From an uncultured Planctomycetia bacterium (GTDB taxonomy: Bacteria; Omnitrophota; Gorgyraeia; 1-14-0-20-64-10), in contig CAYJVR010000006.1 of assembly GCA_964373715.1 (NCBI GenBank), positions 39,781 through 103,780 on the forward strand: a stretch of DNA of 64,000 bases. Reading direction: 5' to 3'. Both the position numbers and the translations under genes were made by a program. The first letter of the stretch is position 1, and each line of letters starts with the position of its first letter. Of this stretch, positions 53,160-61,839 are shown in pieces. Below the pieces are notes generated by a model. That model ran no database searches, had not been told where the DNA came from, and saw only the letters and a list, made by a program, of their open reading frames with translations.

Positions 53160-53714
53160 CTAGGGGGAAAGGGCTTTTTGAATCAGAGTTTTTTCGGCAG
53201 GCGGCAGGCTTAATTCCAGGGCCGCAGCCCTTCCCTTCAGTCCCATCTTGCGCCAGCTTTTCCGGAGGATCTCGACCATCTTTTCCTCGGGTTCTTTCTT
53301 GGCGAGGTCTGCGAATTGGTGCTCCAGGAAGACAAGGCACAGGGCGTCTTCCACCACCTGCGCTTCAGGGTCCCGGATATTTTTCTTCAAGATGATGCGG
53401 GCTGTTTTCTCGATGGAAGAGTCCTCGTAGCCCGCCTCCCGCATGATCCGGCTCACGGTTTCGGCGTGCAGTTTTTTCAGTTCTTCGCGCCACTTGAGGT
53501 AGCCCTGCCTATCGATCGGGTATTTGTCGCGGGATATCTTCCAGCGCTGGATGTGCTGGCCGCGCGCGGCGATTAGCAGCTCTTCTGAAGGGGTCGGCTC
53601 AAGGCGCTTGACCCAGTCGGTGATCCACTGCGAATAGGGCAGCTCGTACCCTTTTGGGTCCTGGGCGTTGAGCTGGTCAATCTGGTCGATGACGGTTTGC
53701 AGGTGGTTTGCCAT
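53160..53714 (-). CDS. Conserved hypothetical protein (184 aa, helical)
   Basis: Clean ORF with no overlaps and plausible codon usage. I cannot place it in a family with confidence. Confidence 0.5.
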   Translation of the reverse strand: MANHLQTVIDQIDQLNAQDPKGYELPYSQWITDWVKRLEPTPSEELLIAARGQHIQRWKISRDKYPIDRQGYLKWREELKKLHAETVSRIMREAGYEDSSIEKTARIILKKNIRDPEAQVVEDALCLVFLEHQFADLAKKEPEEKMVEILRKSWRKMGLKGRAAALELSLPPAEKTLIQKALSP

Positions 53715-53759
53715 CGGATTCAGTATAATACAGCAAATCTGTTAGAAACACGCTCCGTC

Positions 53760-54359
53760 ATGAAAAATGCGCCGAGAGAAAAACATCGCTGTGCTTGGAT
53801 TACGGACCCCCTCATGCGGGAATACCACGACGAGGAATGGGGAGTTCCGCTTTTCGACGACCGGAAGCTGTTTGAGTTTATCCTGCTTGACGGCATGCAG
53901 GCCGGATTAAGCTGGCGGACCATCCTCCACAAACGGGAAAATTTCCGGAAAGCGTTTGATGAGTTCGATCCGGAAAAGATCGTCCGGTACACGCCGGCCA
54001 AGGTCCGGAAGCTTCTGGCCGATCCCGGCATTATCCGCAACCGGCTTAAAGTCCAGGCGGCCGTCACTAACGCGCAAGCGTTCCTGAGCGTTGTCGAAAA
54101 GGGAGGAGCGTTTCATCCTTACATTTGGGGTTTTGTCGGCGGCCGGCCCATTCAAAACAAATGGAAGACCCTATGGCAACTCCCCTGCCGCTCAAGACAG
54201 TCGGATTTAATGAGTAAATCATTGCGAGAGATTGGGTTCCGTTTCGTTGGTTCCACCATCTGCTACGCCTTTATGCAAGCGGCCGGGATGGTCAACGATC
54301 ACACGGTCGATTGTTTCCGGCACAGCGAGATTGCGAAACCGGCAGGGAGAATGACGTGA
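53760..54359 (+). CDS. tag: DNA-3-methyladenine glycosylase I
   Basis: Tag family with the zinc-site cysteines/histidine (HRCAWI ... HTVDCF) and the HhH motif. Confidence 0.85.
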   Translation: MKNAPREKHRCAWITDPLMREYHDEEWGVPLFDDRKLFEFILLDGMQAGLSWRTILHKRENFRKAFDEFDPEKIVRYTPAKVRKLLADPGIIRNRLKVQAAVTNAQAFLSVVEKGGAFHPYIWGFVGGRPIQNKWKTLWQLPCRSRQSDLMSKSLREIGFRFVGSTICYAFMQAAGMVNDHTVDCFRHSEIAKPAGRMT

Positions 54360-54432
54360 CGCAACGGAGCCCAGCTTCGCTCCGCGTAATCCCGCATTGA
54401 TCTGCCTCGATCCTCCTGGTAAGGTGGATTCC

Positions 54433-55113
54433 ATGAGTCCTGGGATTCTTTACCTCGTCGGTACCCCGATCGGGAACCTCTCCGATATGTCGGCGCGCGC
54501 TTTGGAGACGCTTAAAGGGGTCCAAGTGATCGCGGCCGAAGACACGCGTCGGACGAAACAGTTGTGCCGCCATTTTCAGATTGAAACACCGGTGATTGCC
54601 CTGCATGAGCACAATGAAAAGGTTAAAACGCCGGAGTTGGTCAAGCGCCTTATAGAAGGGGAGGCGATTGCGTTGGTGACCGATGCCGGGATGCCGGTCG
54701 TTTCCGATCCCGGAACGGTTCTGGTGCGGGAGGCTTGGGCGGCCGGCGTGCCGGTATCCGCCGTGCCGGGCCCTTCCGCCGCTGTGACGGCATTGGCCTT
54801 GTCCGGTTTCTGGGGAGAACGGTTTCGCTTCGAAGGATTTCTGCCCAAAAAAGAAAAGGCGATAGAGGACTGGCTGCGCCGGGTCGGCCAGGAGCCGGTT
54901 CCGGTTGTCTGTTATGAGTCGCCGTACCGGTTGGTGAAAACGCTTGAGGCGATCCGGCGGGTTCTTGGAGAGATTCCGGTTGTCGTCTGCCGGGAGTTGA
55001 CCAAACTTCACGAAGAAGTGACTCGCGGCTCGACAAGCGAGGTTCTCCAGCGGTATACTGAAAAGTCGCCGAAGGGAGAATGCACACTGGTTTTTTTGCC
55101 TCACCCCCAATGA
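54433..55113 (+). CDS. rsmI: 16S rRNA (cytidine1402-2'-O)-methyltransferase
   Basis: Tetrapyrrole-methylase-like fold with LYLVGTPIGNLSD and AAEDTR, typical of RsmI. Confidence 0.9.
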   Translation: MSPGILYLVGTPIGNLSDMSARALETLKGVQVIAAEDTRRTKQLCRHFQIETPVIALHEHNEKVKTPELVKRLIEGEAIALVTDAGMPVVSDPGTVLVREAWAAGVPVSAVPGPSAAVTALALSGFWGERFRFEGFLPKKEKAIEDWLRRVGQEPVPVVCYESPYRLVKTLEAIRRVLGEIPVVVCRELTKLHEEVTRGSTSEVLQRYTEKSPKGECTLVFLPHPQ

Positions 55114-55114
55114 A

Positions 55115-55948
55115 ATGAGCACGATGACGATTCATCCAACAGCAGTCATTGATCCGCAGGCCGAAATCGATTCCGACGTGGAGATCGGTCCGTACGCGGT
55201 AATCGAGGGACAGGTCCGGGTGGGCCGGGGCACGCGGATCTGGCCGCACGCATATCTCACCGGACGGCTTGAGATCGGGGAGAATTGCCAGATCCATGTC
55301 GGCGCGGTGGTGGGCCACCTTCACCAGGCTTTGAGGGAGCCGCAGATTGGCGGAACCCGGATTGGCGACAGGGTGATCATCCGAGAATATGCCACGATCC
55401 ACCGGGCCTCCCAGCCGGGTGCCTGGACGGTGATCGGTTCGGACACGCTTCTTATGGGATTCGCCCATGTTGCGCACGATTGCCAAGTCGGGCAAAAAGT
55501 GATCATCGCCAACGGGTCCCTCGTCGCCGGGCACGTCGCGATAGAGGACAAAGCGGTCCTCTCCGGCCACGTCACGGTCCACCAATTTGTGCGGATCGGC
55601 ACCCTCGCGATGGTCGGCGGGCTGGCCCGCGTGAACAAGGATGTCCCGCCGTATTTCCTCGTAAAAGGGGACTCGGAGGTCTGGTCTATCAACCGGGTGG
55701 GCCTGAAAAGGGCGGGTATTCCTCTGGAGACCCGGTCTAATATCCGGGAGGCCTACAGGTTCTTATACCGGGCGGGCCTCAACACCACACAGGCGCTCAA
55801 GGCGATCCAGTCGCTGGACCCTTTTCCGCAGGAGCTTCAGCACCTGGTGAAATTCATTCAGGAAAGCCAAAGGGGGATTTGCAGGCACCACTTGAGGATG
55901 CCGGAAGAGGCTAATCTCCTTGACGAAAACGATGAAGATGTGGTGTAA
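55115..55948 (+). CDS. lpxA: Acyl-ACP--UDP-N-acetylglucosamine O-acyltransferase
   Basis: Left-handed beta-helix hexapeptide repeats, the catalytic His region (GFAHVAHDCQVG) and the C-terminal helical domain. It stands alone, not in an lpxD-fabZ-lpxA-lpxB cluster. Confidence 0.85.
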   Translation: MSTMTIHPTAVIDPQAEIDSDVEIGPYAVIEGQVRVGRGTRIWPHAYLTGRLEIGENCQIHVGAVVGHLHQALREPQIGGTRIGDRVIIREYATIHRASQPGAWTVIGSDTLLMGFAHVAHDCQVGQKVIIANGSLVAGHVAIEDKAVLSGHVTVHQFVRIGTLAMVGGLARVNKDVPPYFLVKGDSEVWSINRVGLKRAGIPLETRSNIREAYRFLYRAGLNTTQALKAIQSLDPFPQELQHLVKFIQESQRGICRHHLRMPEEANLLDENDEDVV

Positions 55949-55976
55949 TCGATAGAGGATCAATGTCCTTTTAAAC

Positions 55977-56004
55977 CGGCCCAGAGAGACTGGAAAAGGG
56001 AGGC
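55977..56004 (+). promoter_or_regulatory. Candidate PyrR-binding RNA element in the pyrR leader (CCCAGAGAGACUGGAAAAGGGAGG, compare the consensus UCCAGAGAGGCUnAGAAGG)
   Basis: Read directly. It is followed by two T-tracts (56059..56066 and 56077..56083) before the pyrR Shine-Dalgarno, consistent with an attenuator. Confidence 0.55.
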
Positions 56005-56097
56005 ACGAATGTATGCACTTGGAAGGTTACAGAGTCGGGTCATCCGTTTTTTTATGGTGCGGGTGAGCCGATTTTTTATGCCCATCGGAGGTTTTTC

Positions 56098-56649
56098 ATG
56101 TCGGCTAGACGCGTGAAGGCCTGCGTTTTAGATGCCTCAGCCCTTCGGAAGGTGCTGATCCGGATGGCCCATGAAATCCTCGAAAAGCACCCATCCCCCG
56201 AAAAGATCGCCCTTATTGGCGTCCGCTCCCGAGGGGAGCTCCTCGCCCAGCGGTTGGCCAATCTTCTGAAAGAGATACGGGGTTCCCAGATCCAGGTCGG
56301 CGCTCTCGATGTCACCATGTACCGAGACGATCTGAACCACCGGGATTCCACGCCGCTTGTGCATTCCACGGAAATCCCCTTCGATATCAGTGGCCACAAA
56401 GTGATTATCGTGGACGACGTCCTTTACACCGGCCGCACCATCCGGGCGGCGATGGACGCGCTGGCCGATCTCGGAAGGCCTGATGCGATTGAGCTGGCGA
56501 TCCTGGTGGACCGGGGGCACAGGGAATTGCCGATCAAGGCCGATTATGTCGGGAAGAATATCCCGACAGCGCAGGAGGAGCTTGTTCAGGTTCATCTGGT
56601 CGAGTCCGACGGTATCGATGAGGTTTTGTTGAAGGGGATGGCCGCATGA
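56098..56649 (+). CDS. pyrR: Bifunctional pyrimidine operon regulator/uracil phosphoribosyltransferase
   Basis: PRTase motif VIIVDDVLYTGRT and PyrR-family length. Confidence 0.9.
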   Translation: MSARRVKACVLDASALRKVLIRMAHEILEKHPSPEKIALIGVRSRGELLAQRLANLLKEIRGSQIQVGALDVTMYRDDLNHRDSTPLVHSTEIPFDISGHKVIIVDDVLYTGRTIRAAMDALADLGRPDAIELAILVDRGHRELPIKADYVGKNIPTAQEELVQVHLVESDGIDEVLLKGMAA

Positions 56650-57665
56650 CCGGATGGACACGGAAAGACCTTCTGTCTTTAGAGGATTTAAGCCGCGAGG
56701 AGCTGCTGATCCTGCTGGACCAGGCAAAGGCTTTCCAGGAGGTCTCTCTGCGGCCGATCAAAAAAGTTCCCGCGCTGCGGGGCAAGACCGTAGTCCTCTG
56801 TTTTCTGGAACCCTCCACCCGGACCCGGGCTTCGTTTGAATTGGCCGCCAAGCGGCTTTCCGCCGACATCCTCTCGATACAACCCTCTTCATCCAGTCTC
56901 GTCAAAGGGGAAACGATCTTGGACACCGCCCGGAATATCGAGGCGATGCACGTGGATGTGGTGGTCTTGCGCTACCGCACCAGCGGCGTGCCGATGCGGG
57001 TGGCGCAGGCGATCAAGCCGAGCGTTATCAACGCGGGAGACGGCTCCCACGAGCATCCCACGCAGGGGTTGGTGGACCTCTTTACGATTCAGCAGAAGAA
57101 AGGACGGATTGACGGGCTCAATGTCCTGATCGTCGGGGATATCCTCCATTCGCGCGTGGCCCGCTCGGACCTGTGGGGGCTGACCAAGCTGGGGGCCAAC
57201 GTCACTCTCTGCGGGCCGCCTACGCTTGTTCCCCATGAGATGGAGGCTTTCGGAGCCAAGGTATCATATGACCTGAAGAAAGAGATCCCCAAGGCGGATG
57301 TCCTGATTGCCTTGCGTCTGCAGATGGAACGCCAGCAGGATAGATACATACCTTCTTCCCGGGAGTATACCCGGCTTTACGGGATTGACCGGGAAAAGCT
57401 TAAGCTTGGTAGCCCGGACCTGATCATTATGCATCCGGGGCCTGTCAACCGGGGAGTGGAGCTGTCGCCCGATGTGGCCGATGGCCCGCAGTCGGTAATT
57501 CTGGATCAAGTGACCAACGGGATCGCGGTGAGGATGGCGGTCCTCTATTTGGTGGCCAGCGTTCGGGGCAAAGAAGGGGCTGTAGGGAATGAACCGAGCC
57601 CTGGTCCTGAAGGGGACCGCTTTTTAGAACCGGATGCGCCGACGAAGGAGCTGATGAGCTCATGA
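56646..57665 (+). CDS. pyrB: Aspartate carbamoyltransferase catalytic subunit
   Basis: STRTR and HPxQ motifs, with a C-terminal tail of about 30 aa. Confidence 0.95.
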   Translation: MTGWTRKDLLSLEDLSREELLILLDQAKAFQEVSLRPIKKVPALRGKTVVLCFLEPSTRTRASFELAAKRLSADILSIQPSSSSLVKGETILDTARNIEAMHVDVVVLRYRTSGVPMRVAQAIKPSVINAGDGSHEHPTQGLVDLFTIQQKKGRIDGLNVLIVGDILHSRVARSDLWGLTKLGANVTLCGPPTLVPHEMEAFGAKVSYDLKKEIPKADVLIALRLQMERQQDRYIPSSREYTRLYGIDREKLKLGSPDLIIMHPGPVNRGVELSPDVADGPQSVILDQVTNGIAVRMAVLYLVASVRGKEGAVGNEPSPGPEGDRFLEPDAPTKELMSS

Positions 57666-58972
57666 CTCCACCGAGGATCCTCATCAAAAACGGCCGGTTG
57701 GTGGACCCATCGTGCGGGGTGGACGGGATCGCGGATCTGCTCATCGAGGCGGGCCGGATCAAAGAGTCCGGCAAGGGGATCAAGGCGGCAGGGGCTGTGG
57801 AGGTAGATGCGCGCGGCAAGGTGGTTGCCCCCGGGTTTATCGATCTGCATGTGCACCTGCGCTCACCAGGCCAGGAGCATAAAGAAACGATATTCACCGG
57901 CTCCCGGGCGGCGGCAAAAGGGGGATTTGCCACAGTCTGTTCGATGGCCAACACCGATCCGGTTGTCGATTCCAGCACAGTCGTCGAGTACGTGAAAGGC
58001 CAGAATGCTAAAGTAGGTTTGGTGAATATCCTCCCTTATGGGGCGGTCACAGTCGGCTTAAAGGGAGAGAACCTCACCGAAATGGGGGACCTGAAAGAGG
58101 CGGGCGTTGCCGGTTTCTCGGATGACGGGGCGTCAATCATGAACGCCGGGGTGATGCGGCGGGCGCTGGAGTATTCCCAGATGACGGGGTTGCCGATCAT
58201 CGCCCACTGCGAGGATAAGCATTTGACCGGCAACGGCGTTGTTCACCAGGGGAGAACATCCACCCGTTTAGGTTTGGCCGGCATTCCATCCGAATCGGAA
58301 ACGGTCATGATTGCCCGGGATATCCTGCTGGTCCAGGCGACCGGCGGCCGGCTTCACATCGCGCACGTCAGCACGGCCGGGGGCGTCGAGTTGGTCCGGG
58401 CGGCCAAGGCGAAAGGGATTCCGGTCACCGCCGAGGTGACACCGCACCACTTGGCGCTTACGGAAGAGGCCCTGGGGACCTACGATTCCCGGTTCAAGAT
58501 GAATCCACCGCTGAGGTCGGAGGCGGACGTGAAAGCGCTTCAGCAGGGTTTGAAGGACGGCACCCTGGATGCCGTTGCCACCGATCATGCGCCGCATGCG
58601 TTGGCCGAGAAGGAGGCGGAGCTGACGCAGGCCCCATTCGGCGTGATCGGGCTCGAGACGGCTTTCGGCGTTTTAATGACAAAACTTGTTCATCGGGGCA
58701 CGCTTTCGCTGACGGATTTAATCGCGGCTCTGACGATCCGACCCGCAAAGGTGCTCGGGATTGATCGGGGTACGCTTAAGATAGGGGCGGTTGCCGACGT
58801 CGTGATCCTGGATCCCGAGATCGCTTGGACCGTCGATAAGGAAACGTTTGCCTCTAAAAGCGCGAACTCCCCGTTCCTCGATTGGGGTTTGAAAGGGCGC
58901 GTGACGGACCTCTTTGTGGGCGGCAAATCGGTGTTGCATAACAGCCAGTTTGTTAACGGAGACCTCGGATGA
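57662..58972 (+). CDS. pyrC: Dihydroorotase (multimeric type)
   Basis: DLHVHLR and the TDHAPH metal ligands. Confidence 0.9.
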   Translation: MTPPRILIKNGRLVDPSCGVDGIADLLIEAGRIKESGKGIKAAGAVEVDARGKVVAPGFIDLHVHLRSPGQEHKETIFTGSRAAAKGGFATVCSMANTDPVVDSSTVVEYVKGQNAKVGLVNILPYGAVTVGLKGENLTEMGDLKEAGVAGFSDDGASIMNAGVMRRALEYSQMTGLPIIAHCEDKHLTGNGVVHQGRTSTRLGLAGIPSESETVMIARDILLVQATGGRLHIAHVSTAGGVELVRAAKAKGIPVTAEVTPHHLALTEEALGTYDSRFKMNPPLRSEADVKALQQGLKDGTLDAVATDHAPHALAEKEAELTQAPFGVIGLETAFGVLMTKLVHRGTLSLTDLIAALTIRPAKVLGIDRGTLKIGAVADVVILDPEIAWTVDKETFASKSANSPFLDWGLKGRVTDLFVGGKSVLHNSQFVNGDLG

Positions 58973-59646
58973 GATACTTACTCGCGGCGTTACTGTTTAT
59001 CTGTTCGAACCCGGTTTTTGCGCAAGCGGCTTCCCTCCCGAAAGAGGCGGAGGCTGTGACCGCGAAGCTGTCCGGCGTGAAAGGCTATCAGGCTGATTTC
59101 ACGATGGAGACGAAAGAGGAAGATGGCAAAGTGGTGAAACTTGCCGGAAAGATCTCTTTTGCGATGCCGAATCGGCGCCGGCTGGAGATCAAGCAGGATG
59201 ACACGGGGGGGTTGCCTCAGGTTATTATCGCCGATGGGAAAATGGAGTGGCATTATGACCCTAATTTGAAACAGGTGTTAAGGAGCCCCATTCCGGCGGA
59301 ATTGCCTGGGCCGCATAAGCCGTTCGGCGAGACGCAGCCGGGCACGGTTCGGTTTGTCGAGAAGACGGGCGAGGGGGAGGAGAGCGTCCTGCGTTTTGAG
59401 GCGGTTCCCGCGCCGGTTATCGCCGAGTCGTCTCCTGTTCCGATCAAGCTGATCCGGCTCGATATAGGCGAGCAGGACGGTTTTTTAAGGCAGCTGGTTC
59501 TCCTGAATGACAAGGGAGAAGAAGTCCTGGTCCAGCGGTATGGAAACGTCAAAATTAACGAGGAATCGCCCGAATCGGATTTTTCTTTTACTCCGCCCGA
59601 AGGGGTTCCCGTTAAGGATATCCCCGTGCAGCTGAATAGAGAATGA
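58969..59646 (+). CDS. Secreted LolA-like/outer-membrane lipoprotein-sorting fold protein (family assignment tentative)
   Basis: Signal peptide, about 200 aa, predicted beta-rich, with a LolA-like size and sequence flavour. Confidence 0.45.
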   Translation: MRYLLAALLFICSNPVFAQAASLPKEAEAVTAKLSGVKGYQADFTMETKEEDGKVVKLAGKISFAMPNRRRLEIKQDDTGGLPQVIIADGKMEWHYDPNLKQVLRSPIPAELPGPHKPFGETQPGTVRFVEKTGEGEESVLRFEAVPAPVIAESSPVPIKLIRLDIGEQDGFLRQLVLLNDKGEEVLVQRYGNVKINEESPESDFSFTPPEGVPVKDIPVQLNRE

Positions 59647-59693
59647 AGGCCGTCAGAGCTGTTACGAATCGGTTGATTACAGAGGAGGCAGCG

Positions 59694-60092
59694 ATGCGCA
59701 AAGGATGGGTGCGTGTGATGGCGTTGAGTGGCATCGGTTTTATCTGTTTGGCGACGCCGGCGATCAATGCGGCGGAGCAATGTTCTCCGGTTGAATGGGC
59801 GCAAAAAGCCGATAGGGTGGGCGGGAAATACGACAACAGTGTAATCGGGCATGGGGAGGCGGTTCATCTCGCGGAATGGTGGCAGAGGGCTGGGGATATC
59901 GCGTTTGTTAACCAGGAGCCGGAGGTGGCGTTCCTCTTTTATTACAAACTGGCGAAAACATTTCCGAAAACACCACACGGCCGGATAGCCGTCCATCGTG
60001 GCCGTTCAGCGCTGAGAAAAATCTGCCGCGTGAACAGTTACCCGCCCGAGGAGGATTTTCTGGGGGAGATTTACGACTTCCTGACTTGGTGA
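59694..60092 (+). CDS. Hypothetical secreted protein (start MRKGWVRV, signal peptide)
   Basis: ORF with an N-terminal signal peptide. No family recognised. Confidence 0.4.
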   Translation: MRKGWVRVMALSGIGFICLATPAINAAEQCSPVEWAQKADRVGGKYDNSVIGHGEAVHLAEWWQRAGDIAFVNQEPEVAFLFYYKLAKTFPKTPHGRIAVHRGRSALRKICRVNSYPPEEDFLGEIYDFLTW

Positions 60093-60129
60093 TTTCCGGG
60101 GCGTAAAAATTTTCGGAAGACAAGGAGCC

Positions 60130-60156
60130 GGGTAAGCGGACAGCTTACCCTGTTTT
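60130..60156 (+). terminator. Perfect hairpin GGGTAAGC-ggaca-GCTTACCC followed by TGTTTT, ending 5 nt before the carA ATG
   Basis: Read directly. Candidate intrinsic terminator or attenuator. Confidence 0.4.
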
Positions 60157-60160
60157 AACA

Positions 60161-61258
60161 ATGAAAGCATTTTTAGCTTTAGAAGACGGCACGGTATTCA
60201 AGGCGGAGGCGTTCGGAGCTCCCGGCGAAGCCTACGGAGAGGTGATATTCAACACCTCGATGACCGGCTACCAGGAAATCCTGACCGATCCCTCCTATAA
60301 GGGACAGATTGTTGTGATGACATACCCCTTGATAGGCAATTACGGGATCAACCGGGAGGATGAGGAGTCTGCCAAACCGCAAGTGGAAGGTTTTGTCATC
60401 CGGCGTTTAAGCCCGCTGGCATCAAACTGGAGACAGCAGGGGACATTAAGCGAATGGCTTAAAGAGCACGGGAAGATGGCGGTGCAGGGCGTGGATACTC
60501 GCGCATTGACTTGCCTGCTGCGCGATAAGGGCGCGCTGAAAGGGGTTATTTCCACGGTGGATCTTGACCCGAAACGGCTCATTGAGAAAGCCCGCTCTTC
60601 CCCGGGACTTGTCGGGAGGGATATCGTGAGAGAGGTCACCTGCGATGAAGTGAACGCCTGGCCACAGTCCCCCTCCGGCGGAGCAAAATTCCGCGTGGTG
60701 GCTGTGGATTGCGGGATGAAGGCCAACATCCCGAAGCTGCTGACCCAAACCGGCTGCCAGGTGACGATCGTGCCGGCGACGGCAACCGCCAAAGAGATTC
60801 TCGACATAAAGCCGGATGGCCTTTTCATTTCCAATGGGCCGGGTGATCCCGAGGGGCTGCCCTACCTGGTGTCGACGATCCAGCAGTGTCTCGGGAAACT
60901 CCCGATTTTCGGGATCTGCCTGGGGCACCAGGTGCTGGGATTGGCCTTGGGTGGAAAAACCTACAAGCTGAAATTTGGTCATCACGGAGCAAATCATCCG
61001 GTTTTGGACATTCGGACAGGAAAAGTGGAAATCACGTCGCAGAACCACGGTTTCTCGGTGGATCCGGCTTCAGTTCCGGGGGGCGCGGTGGAAATGACCC
61101 ACGTGAATCTCAACGACAAGACGTGCGAAGGCCTGCGGCACAAGGAACTGCCCGTATTCTCGGTCCAGTATCATCCGGAAGCCTCTCCGGGCCCGCATGA
61201 TGCCCAATATCTTTTCCAGCGGTTTGCCCGGATGATGGCGACAAGGAAACCGGCATGA
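60161..61258 (+). CDS. carA: Carbamoyl-phosphate synthase small (glutaminase) subunit
   Basis: CPSase small-chain N domain and a class-I GATase with the catalytic Cys (GICLGHQ). Confidence 0.95.
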   Translation: MKAFLALEDGTVFKAEAFGAPGEAYGEVIFNTSMTGYQEILTDPSYKGQIVVMTYPLIGNYGINREDEESAKPQVEGFVIRRLSPLASNWRQQGTLSEWLKEHGKMAVQGVDTRALTCLLRDKGALKGVISTVDLDPKRLIEKARSSPGLVGRDIVREVTCDEVNAWPQSPSGGAKFRVVAVDCGMKANIPKLLTQTGCQVTIVPATATAKEILDIKPDGLFISNGPGDPEGLPYLVSTIQQCLGKLPIFGICLGHQVLGLALGGKTYKLKFGHHGANHPVLDIRTGKVEITSQNHGFSVDPASVPGGAVEMTHVNLNDKTCEGLRHKELPVFSVQYHPEASPGPHDAQYLFQRFARMMATRKPA

Positions 61259-61839
61259 GGTTTTTTTGGGCTGCCGCGGCTGTTCTACTAGCGGTTTCTA
61301 CCGCTGTCGGTGCCCAGGGGTCGGGATTCCAGGTTCGGTTTGAGACTGGAGGAACAAGCCCGAAATTGAATTCAGCAACGCCGGTAACGGTTGTGATTGA
61401 AAAACAAGGGCCGCCGGGGTCCGCCGAGGAAGAGACGGTTATCTTAAGTGTCCGGGTGCCTGCGGGGATCAAACTGTCCGGCGAGAAATGGGTTCCCCTG
61501 AATTTACCGCCTGAGTTTGGGGAAGAGTCCGAAGAGCAGGTCTGGACGCTCTTCGATTGGGACGGGCCGGTCATCTGGAGCAAAGAAGGTGCCGGCGGAA
61601 ATGAGATTTCGGTTGCCCGGATTCCGGTTTTTTTCGAGGTAACGGAGGAAGGGTTTAATTGGATCATCACGGCGCGTGTCCGCCCGGCAGGAGGCGATCT
61701 TTCACAGGGGGCGACAGGCGCGATTCTGGCGACGGTGCATGGAGAAATGGCGGTTTTCCATTCGGCCCCATTTAAAAACCCGTTGCCGTACGAGAACAAT
61801 CCACCCGCGAAGAAGAATGCCCAAAAGAACGGATCTTAA
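61255..61839 (+). CDS. Hypothetical secreted protein inserted between carA and carB
   Basis: Signal peptide ([14 protein letters not shown]), 194 aa, no family recognised. Confidence 0.45.
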   Translation: MRFFWAAAAVLLAVSTAVGAQGSGFQVRFETGGTSPKLNSATPVTVVIEKQGPPGSAEEETVILSVRVPAGIKLSGEKWVPLNLPPEFGEESEEQVWTLFDWDGPVIWSKEGAGGNEISVARIPVFFEVTEEGFNWIITARVRPAGGDLSQGATGAILATVHGEMAVFHSAPFKNPLPYENNPPAKKNAQKNGS

